Below are positions 7,678 through 16,921 of a stretch of 32,000 nucleotides of DNA, in pieces; the first letter of the stretch is position 1, and the number at the start of each line of letters is the position of its first letter. The stretch lies in assembly GCF_000757865.1 (NCBI RefSeq), contig NZ_CP007754.1, forward strand, positions 720,001-752,000. The letters are read 5' to 3'. This stretch comes from Prochlorococcus sp. MIT 0801. GTDB taxonomy: Bacteria > Cyanobacteriota > Cyanobacteriia > PCC-6307 > Cyanobiaceae. The translations under genes were made by a program, and so were the position numbers. A model generated the notes under the pieces. That model saw only the letters and a list, made by a program, of their open reading frames with translations, had not been told where the DNA came from and did not search any database.

Positions 7678-7980
7678 TTATTTCTTTTTTTTTACAGACC
7701 AGTAAAACCACATCCAAGTTGGTAATGTAATAAAGAATCCAATTAAAACAATATAGCTTTTTGTCGTGTCCCAAGAGGCCTTATAACACATTTTTTTGAT
7801 CTTGCTAGAATCACTAATTTTTGAACTTAAATTTCTACAAATATTTAATCCATGTACACTTAGAGTGCCATAAGTTATGGCTGTTGGAACCGTAGCAAGA
7901 AATATTGCAAGTATTAGATTGCCTAATCTCAGGTTGAGGTCTTTTCTTTTTTGAGTATCCATATATATATTCTTAACCAT
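7678..7980 (-). CDS. Hypothetical membrane protein (100 aa, two TM segments)
   Basis: ATG start. Hydrophobic segments LGNLILAIFLATVPTAITYG and YIVLIGFFITLPTWMWFYW, with a basic C-terminal tail. Confidence 0.55.
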   Translation of the reverse strand: MVKNIYMDTQKRKDLNLRLGNLILAIFLATVPTAITYGTLSVHGLNICRNLSSKISDSSKIKKMCYKASWDTTKSYIVLIGFFITLPTWMWFYWSVKKKK

Positions 7981-8243
7981 CTCTATGAGATAGCCCAGTA
8001 TAATTGTTATTTTTTTACAAAATAGTGATCATGCTTTCTTTATTATCTTTTTAATCCATTGTGCGAAAATATAGAGAGATTAGTTTTTGCGGATTTTTAC
8101 GCAATCAGTATTTTATAAACAATTAAATATTATTGAAAACTTTTGATATGTTGGAACTTTATAAACTTTGTAAAAATATTGATGCTTAATATCCTTATCT
8201 TAAGCTAAAATAAAAAAATTGAAGCAATTTAATTTATCCTATA

Positions 8244-8447
8244 ATGTCTACTAGTAAAAGAGAGGAAGTTAGTTCTCATTTGCGTTATATCAGACAGGAA
8301 CTACGAGATTTGGATCAAATGCTTGGCCAGGATGGCTTGTTGCCTGAGTTGTCTGAGCTTAAAGAAGTCTATAACTCATTAGATGCCCTACATCAATTGC
8401 TTTCAGGTAAAATCAAAAAGAAACCTAAGCCTGAATTTGATGATTGA
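8244..8447 (+). CDS. Small charged protein, paralogue B of a local family (67 aa)
   Basis: See 4995-5210. By eye, roughly half of the aligned positions are identical, with no gaps. Confidence 0.75.
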   Translation: MSTSKREEVSSHLRYIRQELRDLDQMLGQDGLLPELSELKEVYNSLDALHQLLSGKIKKKPKPEFDD

Positions 8448-8812
8448 TGAAATTAACTAGTTTTTGAACAATACTTTAAGAATTTACAGTATTAAATTTA
8501 ATTATTTATATTGAACAATATTTGCTTGGATTAAAAAAATAAACTACTAACAAAATACATATAGTGCAGACAATTAAACTAATGATATAAAAATAGATAT
8601 GAAAAAATAAGTATAAAAATCGAAAAATTTAAAACCTTATTGAATCTGATTAATCGATTATCGTTCTAAAAGTAAATCTCAGGCTTTGCTGCCAGAATTG
8701 ATGTGGTGTGAATAAATGGATTTTAAAACAAGATATGTAAGAAATTTCACAAAATGATATTTCCACTTGCACCGATGATCCTTCTGATGGTTAATGGTTG
8801 CTTCATCTTTCT

Positions 8813-9889
8813 TTAAATCTTATTGGAAAAATAATTTTTTTCTAATAAGTCATTAATAATTATTTCTTTAACAAATACTTGAATTACTACAGCCATTGGA
8901 ATTGCTAACAATAAACCAAGTGGTCCAAAAAGAATAGTGAATATAAATTGTGCAGTAATTGTCAAACCAGGTAATAATTTGACTTGCTTTTGCATTATTG
9001 AAGGAGTTATTACATAGCTCTCTATATTTTGAATAACTACATATAAGCCCAGAACAGCAAGCGATTTCCATGGTGTATCTAGCAATGCTACAGATAGAGG
9101 GAAAATAGTGCTGATTGTTGGACCTACATTTGGGATGATATTTAAAACACCAGCTATTAAAGCATTTGCAATTACAAGTTTTATTCCTAATAAATATAAC
9201 CCAATAGAAGCAAGTATCGCTACAAAAATTGAACTTAATAGAACTCCAGCCATCCAACTACTTAGTGCATTTCCGCATCTCAATAAAATAGTTCTTGCGC
9301 GTCTTCTGTAAAATGATGGGACTAATAATATAGCAACTTCTCTATAGGAGTTCGGTTGTATAGCTATCATTAAACTAACTGATATTATGAAAAACAATTG
9401 AAGTATTCCTATCCCTACATTACCGGCTAAACTAACTAACTTTGTAATGCTATCCGTTACACCACTAGCTAGGGTCGCACCGTCTGGAATCATACTTAAC
9501 TTAGTTGTTAGTATTGATCTGTCGGCGAGGTTAGGATTATTATCTTTATATATAATCTCAGCGAAATTTAAAAAGGTGTTTATTGATAGATCCCATAGTT
9601 TGCTTGCGGCTGATGGTATTTGACTTATTAACTCTTGAAATTGACTAGTGAATTGTGGGATAATTATAACTATTGAAAGACTTGAAATTAGTAATATAGA
9701 AATTATAGCTATTACTAAAGATATCCACCTAGGGACCTTAAAGAAATCTCTTATTTTACCAGTAATAGTACAAAGAGCCATTGCTAAGATTATCGAAGCA
9801 AAAAATAGTATTATTATTTCTTTTAAACTCCATAAAATCAATATTGAAATAATTAAAGCTGTAATTGATAGCAAGCTAGTTGGTTTCAA
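8813..9889 (-). CDS. AI-2E / UPF0118 (PerM-like) family transporter
   Basis: 358 aa with about 8 hydrophobic segments. The family-typical architecture includes a central loop and a C-terminal block GLLLAIPMAVV. The other ORFs inside it are frame shadows. Confidence 0.8.
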   Translation of the reverse strand: MKPTSLLSITALIISILILWSLKEIIILFFASIILAMALCTITGKIRDFFKVPRWISLVIAIISILLISSLSIVIIIPQFTSQFQELISQIPSAASKLWDLSINTFLNFAEIIYKDNNPNLADRSILTTKLSMIPDGATLASGVTDSITKLVSLAGNVGIGILQLFFIISVSLMIAIQPNSYREVAILLVPSFYRRRARTILLRCGNALSSWMAGVLLSSIFVAILASIGLYLLGIKLVIANALIAGVLNIIPNVGPTISTIFPLSVALLDTPWKSLAVLGLYVVIQNIESYVITPSIMQKQVKLLPGLTITAQFIFTILFGPLGLLLAIPMAVVIQVFVKEIIINDLLEKNYFSNKI

Positions 9890-9898
9890 TTTAAATAA

Positions 9899-10240
9899 TT
9901 AATTATGAGACAATGAATTTGCATATCTTGATGCGAAGCGCATAAACCTCTCGAATTCTTTTTCTGTTTTCCAATCATAAGTGGACTTTATTTCTTTAAT
10001 ATGATCATCTGAAATAGATAAATCAATTTTTTTAGTTGAAAGCTCACCTTCGGAATCTATAAGATACATTTTCTTAACAGATTTATAATTAGTTAGTGTT
10101 ATTGTTGTAGGCCTATAGAATTTATATACCGCTTTACCTTTTTTGCCATCGAGGTCTCTAAATAAACGAATTTCAGGATGATCTTTTTCGTTTTTACCTT
10201 TAACAAATTGAATTCCAACATTCTCATTGATTTTAGTCAT
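9899..10240 (-). CDS. psb28: Photosystem II assembly protein Psb28
   Basis: GIQFVKG..., MYLIDSEGE and FERFMRFASRYA match Synechocystis Psb28 (IQFIRG, MYLIDEEGE, DRFMRFMERYA). 113 aa. Confidence 0.9.
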   Translation of the reverse strand: MTKINENVGIQFVKGKNEKDHPEIRLFRDLDGKKGKAVYKFYRPTTITLTNYKSVKKMYLIDSEGELSTKKIDLSISDDHIKEIKSTYDWKTEKEFERFMRFASRYANSLSHN

Positions 10241-10282
10241 ATTTTCTTTGGATTTAATTAAAAGAGATTTCCTTATTTGAAA

Positions 10283-11335
10283 CTATAGGGGATTAAGGTT
10301 CTCATTCAAGATTTTATTTAATGATGATTTTAGGCTTAAACCACTAAGATTAATTGAATTTATATTATTTGTTTTTTTAAGCTCGTATTCATAGCACTTG
10401 TCATAATAATCGAGCATGGATTCAGCGGCTTTTGACCATTCTTTTCTTTCAATCGCCGTTAATGCTTCTTTTGTTCTTTGTGGACCTAATCTCTTACTTA
10501 TTCTATTTACAGCATCTTTTAATTCAGTTTGTGAATTTTGACTATAAACATTGACTAAATTCTTTACACGTTCATTTTTATCTTTAATTATTTCAATGAT
10601 CGGTGCTTTTTTCATTTTTGTATACAAACTATTTGGTATTCGACATTTACCTAGATTAGAACTTTCTGCTTCAATCCATATCTCCATAGCACTATTTTTT
10701 TGAAAGTTATATATTGATTCTGCGAGAATATTTTCAAATTGTTGAGTTGTAGGTTGCGCCCTCATACCTAATGAACCAAAACTACTCCCTCTGTGATTAG
10801 CAATTCCCTCTAGATCAATTACATGTATATTTTCTTCATTTATATAATTTAAGATGTCTGTTTTCCCTGTACCTGTTTTACCTCCTAAAAGTCTTATTGG
10901 TAAATCATTCTCAAATTGATTTAAAACCCATTTTCTATAGTTTTTATATCCACCTTTTAGTAAATATGTCCTAAAACCTTTTGTTCGTGCAAGCCAGGCA
11001 AAAGCACTAGATCTCATGCCACCTCTCCAACAATATATTCGTAATGATTTATTCCTTCCTTCTTTTTTTGTGGTGATATGATGGATTATTTCTAATAGTT
11101 TTTTAGTGTTAGGAATGGTTATTGTTAATCCATTAAATATTGCTTTTAAGCGACTTTCTTTTTTATAACTTTTCCCAATTATCTCTCTTTCGCTATCAGA
11201 AAATAAAGGAATATTGACAGCACCAGGCCAATGACCTTGCCAAAATTCGCTAGGACTTCTTACATCAATAATTGGACTGGTTAAATTTCGAAAATCCGTA
11301 ACGGGAAAGCTCGAATTGGTAGGTTTCTCTGACAT
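10283..11335 (-). CDS. selU: tRNA 2-selenouridine synthase (rhodanese + P-loop; SelU/MnmH/YbbB)
   Basis: Rhodanese block IIDVRSPSEFWQGHWPGAVNIPLF, active-site loop CWRGGMRS and P-loop GGKTGTGKT, in the order seen in E. coli YbbB. Confidence 0.85.
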   Translation of the reverse strand: MSEKPTNSSFPVTDFRNLTSPIIDVRSPSEFWQGHWPGAVNIPLFSDSEREIIGKSYKKESRLKAIFNGLTITIPNTKKLLEIIHHITTKKEGRNKSLRIYCWRGGMRSSAFAWLARTKGFRTYLLKGGYKNYRKWVLNQFENDLPIRLLGGKTGTGKTDILNYINEENIHVIDLEGIANHRGSSFGSLGMRAQPTTQQFENILAESIYNFQKNSAMEIWIEAESSNLGKCRIPNSLYTKMKKAPIIEIIKDKNERVKNLVNVYSQNSQTELKDAVNRISKRLGPQRTKEALTAIERKEWSKAAESMLDYYDKCYEYELKKTNNINSINLSGLSLKSSLNKILNENLNPL

Positions 11336-11374
11336 AGTATTAGTGCTTAGGTCATTTTAGGCCTGCAGTTGATC

Positions 11375-12091
11375 ATGACTGAAGAAAAATCACATCCAAA
11401 TAAAGAGAGCATAGAGGAGTTCTTAGAGGCTTTTAAGATGGCTTCAGAAAGGAAACGACTCGGATTGTTAAATGGTTTAGAGGAGAGGGTTGAGGAGCTT
11501 CTTGGCCTTGGGTCAACTTTAATGTCTGGCTTTGACCCTGGTATTTATGACTGGCCTCCTGGCTTCATTTTGCAACTCATTCATAAAACTGATAAAGATT
11601 TCATAAAAAATACTCTCAATTGTGATGACCTTTCTTGGTTTGATTCCCCATCAGCTGTTGGTTTTGATTATTCACCTCTTCAGCGATTTTTATTAAATGA
11701 AAGCTATGAGGATGCTGACCGTTTTACAAGCTCGAAACTTAGAGAGCTTGCAGGAGAAAAGGCAGTAAAAAGAGGGTATGTTTATTTCTCTGAGGTTGAA
11801 TCAATACCTTCGATTGATTTGTCAACTTTGGATAAACTTTGGGTTGTTTATTCTAGAGGAAAATTTGGCTTTACAGTTCAAGCGAAAATATTAGATTCAT
11901 TAGGGGGAAGATATGACAATCTTTGGCCTCGAATAGGTTGGAAAAAAGATGGCATATGGACTAGATATCCGAAAGCATTTGATTGGTCAATTGAAGCACC
12001 TAATGGTCACATGCCGTTGGTTAATCAACTGAGAGGAGTTCGTTTGATGGATGCGTTACTAAACCATCGAGTATTTAAAACTAAAAGTTAA
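11375..12091 (+). CDS. GUN4-domain protein (Mg-chelatase porphyrin-binding regulator family)
   Basis: The C-terminal domain carries FGFTVQAKI...WPRIGWKKDG...PxGHMPL, typical of GUN4. The ATG at 11375 is preferred over the TTG at 11369. Confidence 0.8.
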   Translation: MTEEKSHPNKESIEEFLEAFKMASERKRLGLLNGLEERVEELLGLGSTLMSGFDPGIYDWPPGFILQLIHKTDKDFIKNTLNCDDLSWFDSPSAVGFDYSPLQRFLLNESYEDADRFTSSKLRELAGEKAVKRGYVYFSEVESIPSIDLSTLDKLWVVYSRGKFGFTVQAKILDSLGGRYDNLWPRIGWKKDGIWTRYPKAFDWSIEAPNGHMPLVNQLRGVRLMDALLNHRVFKTKS

Positions 12092-12213
12092 CCATTTAAT
12101 TATTAATGCTTAAGTTTTTCTCAAATAATACTTTTGATGACTTAAATTACGTTTTAATTCCAAACTAATTTTTTGATCAGAAGACTAATTTACTAAATCT
12201 GTTTTAATTAATT

Positions 12214-12606
12214 GTGGTGCCTTCTAAAAATTGGGATGTATTTATTCATCCCTCTACTTTAAAACTATCATCATTTATTGAAACTCTTTTAGAGCCTGTA
12301 ATATGTAGAGAAACTGCAAAAAAGATTGAATTAGGATTGCATGAGGCCCTTGTTAATGCTGTAGTACATGGAAACTTATCTGATCCTAATAAAGTTATTC
12401 GAGTTCGAAGAGTTCTTACTCCATATTGGTTCGTTTGGCAAATTCAGGACGAAGGATTAGGCGTAGTTAAAACTAAAAGAGTGAGTTCTCTACCTTTAGA
12501 AATTGATGCTAATAGCGGAAGAGGAATTTATTTAATTCATAAGTGTTTTGATGATGTCAGATGGAGTAGGAAAGGGAATAGACTGCAATTATCATTCAAG
12601 AAATAA
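12214..12606 (+). CDS. RsbW/SpoIIAB-type anti-sigma-factor serine kinase (HATPase_c_2)
   Basis: N-box HEALVNAVVHGN, G1 IQDEGLG and G2 GRGIYLI. 130 aa with a GTG start. Confidence 0.7.
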   Translation: MVPSKNWDVFIHPSTLKLSSFIETLLEPVICRETAKKIELGLHEALVNAVVHGNLSDPNKVIRVRRVLTPYWFVWQIQDEGLGVVKTKRVSSLPLEIDANSGRGIYLIHKCFDDVRWSRKGNRLQLSFKK

Positions 12607-12610
12607 TTTT

Positions 12611-12868
12611 TTAATGACTTTTACATCCTGTATCTTTAATTTCTTCTTTAATCCATAATATTGCTTGGTTAAGTAATTTTTCTATTTCTGCTTCATCTCC
12701 ATCATTAATCAATTGTGAAATAGCTGACATGATTAATTCGGCGCTTCTTCTTTGTTTGTTTCCCCTAAATTGATGCCAGTTGTCATTATTAAGACTGATT
12801 TCATGATGGAGTTCTTTTGCCAGTAACTTAACTTTTCCTGGCCATATGTTTTTGTGTGTTTTTAGCAT
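12611..12868 (-). CDS. Conserved-looking hypothetical protein (85 aa)
   Basis: ATG start and a clean helical-looking sequence. Its stop lies 5 nt from the convergent 12214-12606 stop. No motif recognised. Confidence 0.55.
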   Translation of the reverse strand: MLKTHKNIWPGKVKLLAKELHHEISLNNDNWHQFRGNKQRRSAELIMSAISQLINDGDEAEIEKLLNQAILWIKEEIKDTGCKSH

Positions 12869-12915
12869 AAAATAATATTTATTTGTGACTTTTTTAAATC
12901 ATTTTATCAATAAAA

Positions 12916-13977
12916 TCAATTTGGCTTGGTTGCTTTCCATACTTTAGTCATGAAGTGGGATTCAGAAGTTATAGATGAAAATCCACTTTCTTCTAATCTT
13001 AAGTTTATGTTATCAACTATGTAATCTCTGTAGTAAGGTTCATGAAAGATTTTGTGAAAGTTTTCCATTATTGGAGTGAACTTTGGAGAATCTTCTATTT
13101 GAATGGAGTCGGCAAGAACAAGTATTCCGCCAGGTTCTAACAATCTGAAGCATTCGTTCAAAACATTCTGTCGTGCATCTCTGGGAAGTTCGTGAAATAG
13201 AAAAACACAAGTTAATGCATGAAAACTCTCGGATGCATAGGGCATTTTCTCTGCATTTCCTTTGGTCAGTTGAACAAGATCTCCACTTCTGGAACTTAGA
13301 TATTTACTTGCTTGTTTTAGGTATGAGCCTGACAAATCAAGACCATAAAGTTCAACTTGAGGTAATGCACTTTGTATTTGCTGTAGTGTTCTTCCCGTTC
13401 CTGTCGCTATGTCTAAAACCTTTACTTTCCTTGAGCCTTCAGATAGATATTTTTTCAAACCTCTTTTTAAAGGAGATAAAACTCTTCTTCTCATAGAATC
13501 GGCAGTCCCATTGAAAAGAATCTCAACTTGTAAGTCATAAATTTCAGCAGAATGGTCACTTAGGTAACCATCTGTTTGGTGATGAAAATTCTGTAGATAG
13601 TAGTCAGGGTAATCTTCTTCATTGATAATTTTTGGGATTTCTCTGGTCTTATTTTTTTTTCGCCTCTTCCAAGTTTGTGGCATATCTAGCCAAACCAAGG
13701 GATATTTCTTTGCCCATTCAAACCATGGAGCTTCGAAAAGTTGTGATTTAGGGTAAATACCTGCCTCTGCTTCTCTCCAATCAATATTTTCTAGTTTTTC
13801 CATTGATCTTCTAACTTCTTTTATTAGATCTTGATTGATTGGAAAATTTCCTGGAGCGGCTCCAGGTGCAAATACTTCCATTAACTTTGTACTCAACTCT
13901 TTATGAGCTAACCCAGCAAGCGTTTTCCCTTGTTGAAGAGTATGGTAAGCAATTTTTTTAAGGCTTGGCGCTGCCAT
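12916..13977 (-). CDS. Class I SAM-dependent methyltransferase
   Basis: Motif I VLDIATGTGRTL and the post-I/II region LEPGGILVLAD. 353 aa with a long N-terminal extension. Substrate unknown. Confidence 0.8.
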   Translation of the reverse strand: MAAPSLKKIAYHTLQQGKTLAGLAHKELSTKLMEVFAPGAAPGNFPINQDLIKEVRRSMEKLENIDWREAEAGIYPKSQLFEAPWFEWAKKYPLVWLDMPQTWKRRKKNKTREIPKIINEEDYPDYYLQNFHHQTDGYLSDHSAEIYDLQVEILFNGTADSMRRRVLSPLKRGLKKYLSEGSRKVKVLDIATGTGRTLQQIQSALPQVELYGLDLSGSYLKQASKYLSSRSGDLVQLTKGNAEKMPYASESFHALTCVFLFHELPRDARQNVLNECFRLLEPGGILVLADSIQIEDSPKFTPIMENFHKIFHEPYYRDYIVDNINLRLEESGFSSITSESHFMTKVWKATKPN

Positions 13978-14037
13978 GAACCATTTTCTAATTTATCTAT
14001 TATCTAACAGATTTGATTGATTAGTGACGAGTTACCT

Positions 14038-14080
14038 AAAAAAAAATTAAGGTCTATGCATAATTTTGCATAGACCTTAA
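14038..14080 (-). terminator. Rho-independent terminator of glnA
   Basis: Perfect 14-bp stem TTAAGGTCTATGCA (14047-14060) / TGCATAGACCTTAA (14067-14080) with a 6-nt loop. On the minus-strand transcript it is followed by nine U (A-run 14038-14046). Confidence 0.75.
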
Positions 14081-14114
14081 TTCTGCATCCTAAAAATTAT
14101 TAGAGGAATTTATT

Positions 14115-15536
14115 TTAAGCGTCGTAGTACATGGTGAATTCATGAGGATGAGGCCTTTGTCTTAGCTGTTGAACTTCTTCGTATTTAAGCTCTATCCAGT
14201 TATTAATGAAATCTTCTGTAAATACTCCCCCTTCAGTTAAATAATTGTTGTCATTTTTTAATGCCTCTAATGCATCATTCAATGAGGAAGGAACAGTGTC
14301 TATTTTTGATAATTCCTCTGATGGAAGTTCAAAAAGGTCTACGTCAACTCCATCTCCAGGATCAATCTGATTTTTGATTCCATCGATACCTGCCATCATC
14401 ATTGCTGAAAAAGCAATGTAAGGGTTGGCCAATGCATCTCCTGATCTAAATTCTAGCCTCTTTGCTTTTGGACTTGGTCCAGTTAAGGGGATTCTTACAG
14501 CAGCTGATCTATTACCCTGTGAATAAACTAAATTAACTGGAGCCTCGAATCCTGGTACCAATCTTTTGTAACTGTTGGTAGTTGGATTTGTAAACGCAAG
14601 GAATGATGGTGCATGTTTTAGTATTCCACCTATGTACCATTTAGCTGTTTGAGATAAATTGGCATATGTACCCTCTCCATAGAATAAAGGTTGACCGCCT
14701 TTCCATAAGCTTTGATGTACATGCATCCCTGTTCCATTGTCATTGAAGACTGGCTTAGGCATAAAGGTGGCAGTCTTCCCATATTTTTTTGCTACATTTC
14801 TGACAATGTATTTGTAGATCATTACATTGTCAGCTGCGTTGATTAGGGGAGCAAATTTCATTCCTAATTCATGTTGGCCAGCTCCCGCTACTTCATGGTG
14901 ATGTTTCTCAATGGGTATACCCAATTCACCCATCAGCAGAAGCATCTCAGATCTCATGTCTTGCGCTGTGTCATTTGGTGAGACTGGGAAATACCCTTCT
15001 TTTAGTTGAATTTTATATCCAAGGTTTCCCCCTTCTTCTACTCTCCCAGTATTCCATGGGGCTTCTATGGTATCAACGCTATAAAAACTTCCGCCTTCCC
15101 CTGAGTTATATCGAACATCATCAAAAATAAAAAATTCTGGTTCAGGACCGAAGAAAGCAGAATCTGCAACACTAGTGCTTCCTAGATAATCCAATGCTTT
15201 TTGTGCCAAAGCTCTAGGACATCTGGCATATGGTTCCCCACTCCTTGGCTCCTGAATAGAACAAATCAAGCTAAGAGTCTTGTGGTGATAAAAAGGGTCT
15301 ATCCAGCTTGTTGATGGATCTGGAACCATTGCCATATCAGATTCGTTTATAGCTTTCCATCCGCGGATAGAAGAACCGTCAAAAGCAAGTCCTTCGGAGA
15401 AAGAGCTTTCTTCAATGAGATCTGATGCTACGGTTAAATGTTGCCACTTCCCATGTAAGTCAGTGAATTTTAAATCTATTAGCTCAATGCCCTCATCCTT
15501 GATTTGACGAAGAACATCTTGAGAGGTCTTGCTCAT
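14115..15536 (-). CDS. glnA: Glutamine synthetase type I
   Basis: 473 aa with [31 protein letters not shown] and the C-terminal [11 protein letters not shown], all canonical GSI blocks. Confidence 0.97.
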   Translation of the reverse strand: MSKTSQDVLRQIKDEGIELIDLKFTDLHGKWQHLTVASDLIEESSFSEGLAFDGSSIRGWKAINESDMAMVPDPSTSWIDPFYHHKTLSLICSIQEPRSGEPYARCPRALAQKALDYLGSTSVADSAFFGPEPEFFIFDDVRYNSGEGGSFYSVDTIEAPWNTGRVEEGGNLGYKIQLKEGYFPVSPNDTAQDMRSEMLLLMGELGIPIEKHHHEVAGAGQHELGMKFAPLINAADNVMIYKYIVRNVAKKYGKTATFMPKPVFNDNGTGMHVHQSLWKGGQPLFYGEGTYANLSQTAKWYIGGILKHAPSFLAFTNPTTNSYKRLVPGFEAPVNLVYSQGNRSAAVRIPLTGPSPKAKRLEFRSGDALANPYIAFSAMMMAGIDGIKNQIDPGDGVDVDLFELPSEELSKIDTVPSSLNDALEALKNDNNYLTEGGVFTEDFINNWIELKYEEVQQLRQRPHPHEFTMYYDA

Positions 15537-15600
15537 GATGAATTTGATTTACAACAGAGATACTTAATTATGAACGTAATAAGCGATCGCATCTCCTTTT

Positions 15601-15614
15601 GTATTAAGAAGCAC
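15601..15614 (-). promoter_or_regulatory. Candidate NtcA-type site upstream of glnA (imperfect)
   Basis: The minus strand reads GTGCTTCTTAATAC (GTG-N8-TAC versus consensus GTA-N8-TAC). Exactly 22 nt downstream is TACGTT, which fits TA-N3-T. The site lies 65-78 nt upstream of the glnA ATG. Confidence 0.3.
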
Positions 15615-15682
15615 TTTTTTTAGACTTTTAACAGAAATCTTTTATTATTTTTGTCTTTTTTAGCAGATCTAGCAAATTCCTA

Positions 15683-16921
15683 TTGCAATCCCTAATAAAA
15701 ACACCCCGACTTTGCCCATTGCCTTTTAGGCTCAGAAGAGATATTAATCGATCTGTTTTCTTGGCCACTCAAATTCTTCCTTCTGTTGATAATCAACATC
15801 GTAAAGATTTTGGTCCAACTGTTTCTCCTGAAAGGCTATTGCTTGGGCCAGGCCCATCAAACGCAGATCCTGCTGTTTTGAAAGCGCTCTCTCAGCCTCC
15901 CATTGGTCATTTAGATCCTTTTTATGTGGAATTGATGAGTGAGGTTCAAGAATTGCTTAGATATGCTTGGCAAACTAGCAATCGATTAACACTTCCAATG
16001 AGTGGTACAGGAAGTGCCGCAATGGAGGCAACATTAGCAAATGTCGTTGAGTCAGAAGATACGGTATTAGTAGCTATCAAAGGATATTTTGGACATCGAC
16101 TTGCTGACATGGCAGGTAGATATAAAGCGAATGTAGAAACAATTCATAAAGATTGGGGTAATGCATTTTCACTTGAGGAAATAGAAGATGCACTGAGGAA
16201 ACATACCCCAGCTGTTTTCGCAATTGTTCATGCGGAAACCTCAACAGGTGTATGTCAACCCATGGATGGAATTGGTGATTTATGCAGAAAATATAATTGT
16301 TTACTTCTTGTAGACACAGTAACTTCTTTGGGAGGTGTTCCTCTTTATTTAGATGAATGGAAAATTGATCTGGCTTACAGTTGTAGTCAGAAAGGATTAA
16401 GTTGCCCTCCAGGATTAGGTCCTTTTTCAATGAATGAGAGAGCCGAAAATAAAATGTCTAATAGAAAAGACAAAGTTCCTAATTGGTATTTAGATGTCTC
16501 TTTGCTTAATAAGTATTGGGGTAGTGATCGTGTATATCATCATACGGCTCCCGTAAATATGAATTTTGGCATTCGAGAAGCGCTTAGATTGTTAGCGGAA
16601 GAAGGATTAGAAGTCTCATGGGATAGACATAGTACAAATGCAAAATCGCTTTGGAATTCGTTGGAAAATATTGGTTTAGAATTACACGTTAAAGAAGAAT
16701 TACGCTTGCCTACCCTAACAACAGTCAAAATACCTGAGGGAGTAGATGGTAAGGCATTTACTAAGCATTTGCTAAATAATTTTGGAGTGGAGATAGGTGG
16801 TGGCTTAGGTGATCTGGCTGGAAAAGTATGGAGAATTGGTTTGATGGGATATAATTCCACCTCTGCAAATGTAGATAAGATAATAAATATTTTTGAAACT
16901 GAATTACCTAAGTTTAGATAA
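15683..16921 (+). CDS. Class V aminotransferase (serine:pyruvate / alanine:glyoxylate aminotransferase-like)
   Basis: LLLGPGPSN near the N-terminus and the PLP-lysine block YSCSQKGLSCPPGLG. The start is uncertain: the track uses TTG 15683, and the in-frame TTG at 15761 would give a more typical length. Confidence 0.85.
   Translation: MQSLIKTPRLCPLPFRLRRDINRSVFLATQILPSVDNQHRKDFGPTVSPERLLLGPGPSNADPAVLKALSQPPIGHLDPFYVELMSEVQELLRYAWQTSNRLTLPMSGTGSAAMEATLANVVESEDTVLVAIKGYFGHRLADMAGRYKANVETIHKDWGNAFSLEEIEDALRKHTPAVFAIVHAETSTGVCQPMDGIGDLCRKYNCLLLVDTVTSLGGVPLYLDEWKIDLAYSCSQKGLSCPPGLGPFSMNERAENKMSNRKDKVPNWYLDVSLLNKYWGSDRVYHHTAPVNMNFGIREALRLLAEEGLEVSWDRHSTNAKSLWNSLENIGLELHVKEELRLPTLTTVKIPEGVDGKAFTKHLLNNFGVEIGGGLGDLAGKVWRIGLMGYNSTSANVDKIINIFETELPKFR

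Noticed and set aside
8868-9902. ORFs 8868-9257(-), 9108-9311(+) and 9648-9902(+) inside the PerM-like gene
   Set aside because: These are alternative-frame or antisense shadows of a 358-aa multi-TM protein and have no independent support.
15583-15590. HIP1 octamer GCGATCGC as evidence of a HIP1-rich genome or a mobile element
   Set aside because: I could find only a single copy in 32 kb, so there is no iterated pattern here. It is kept only as a note within the glnA upstream finding.
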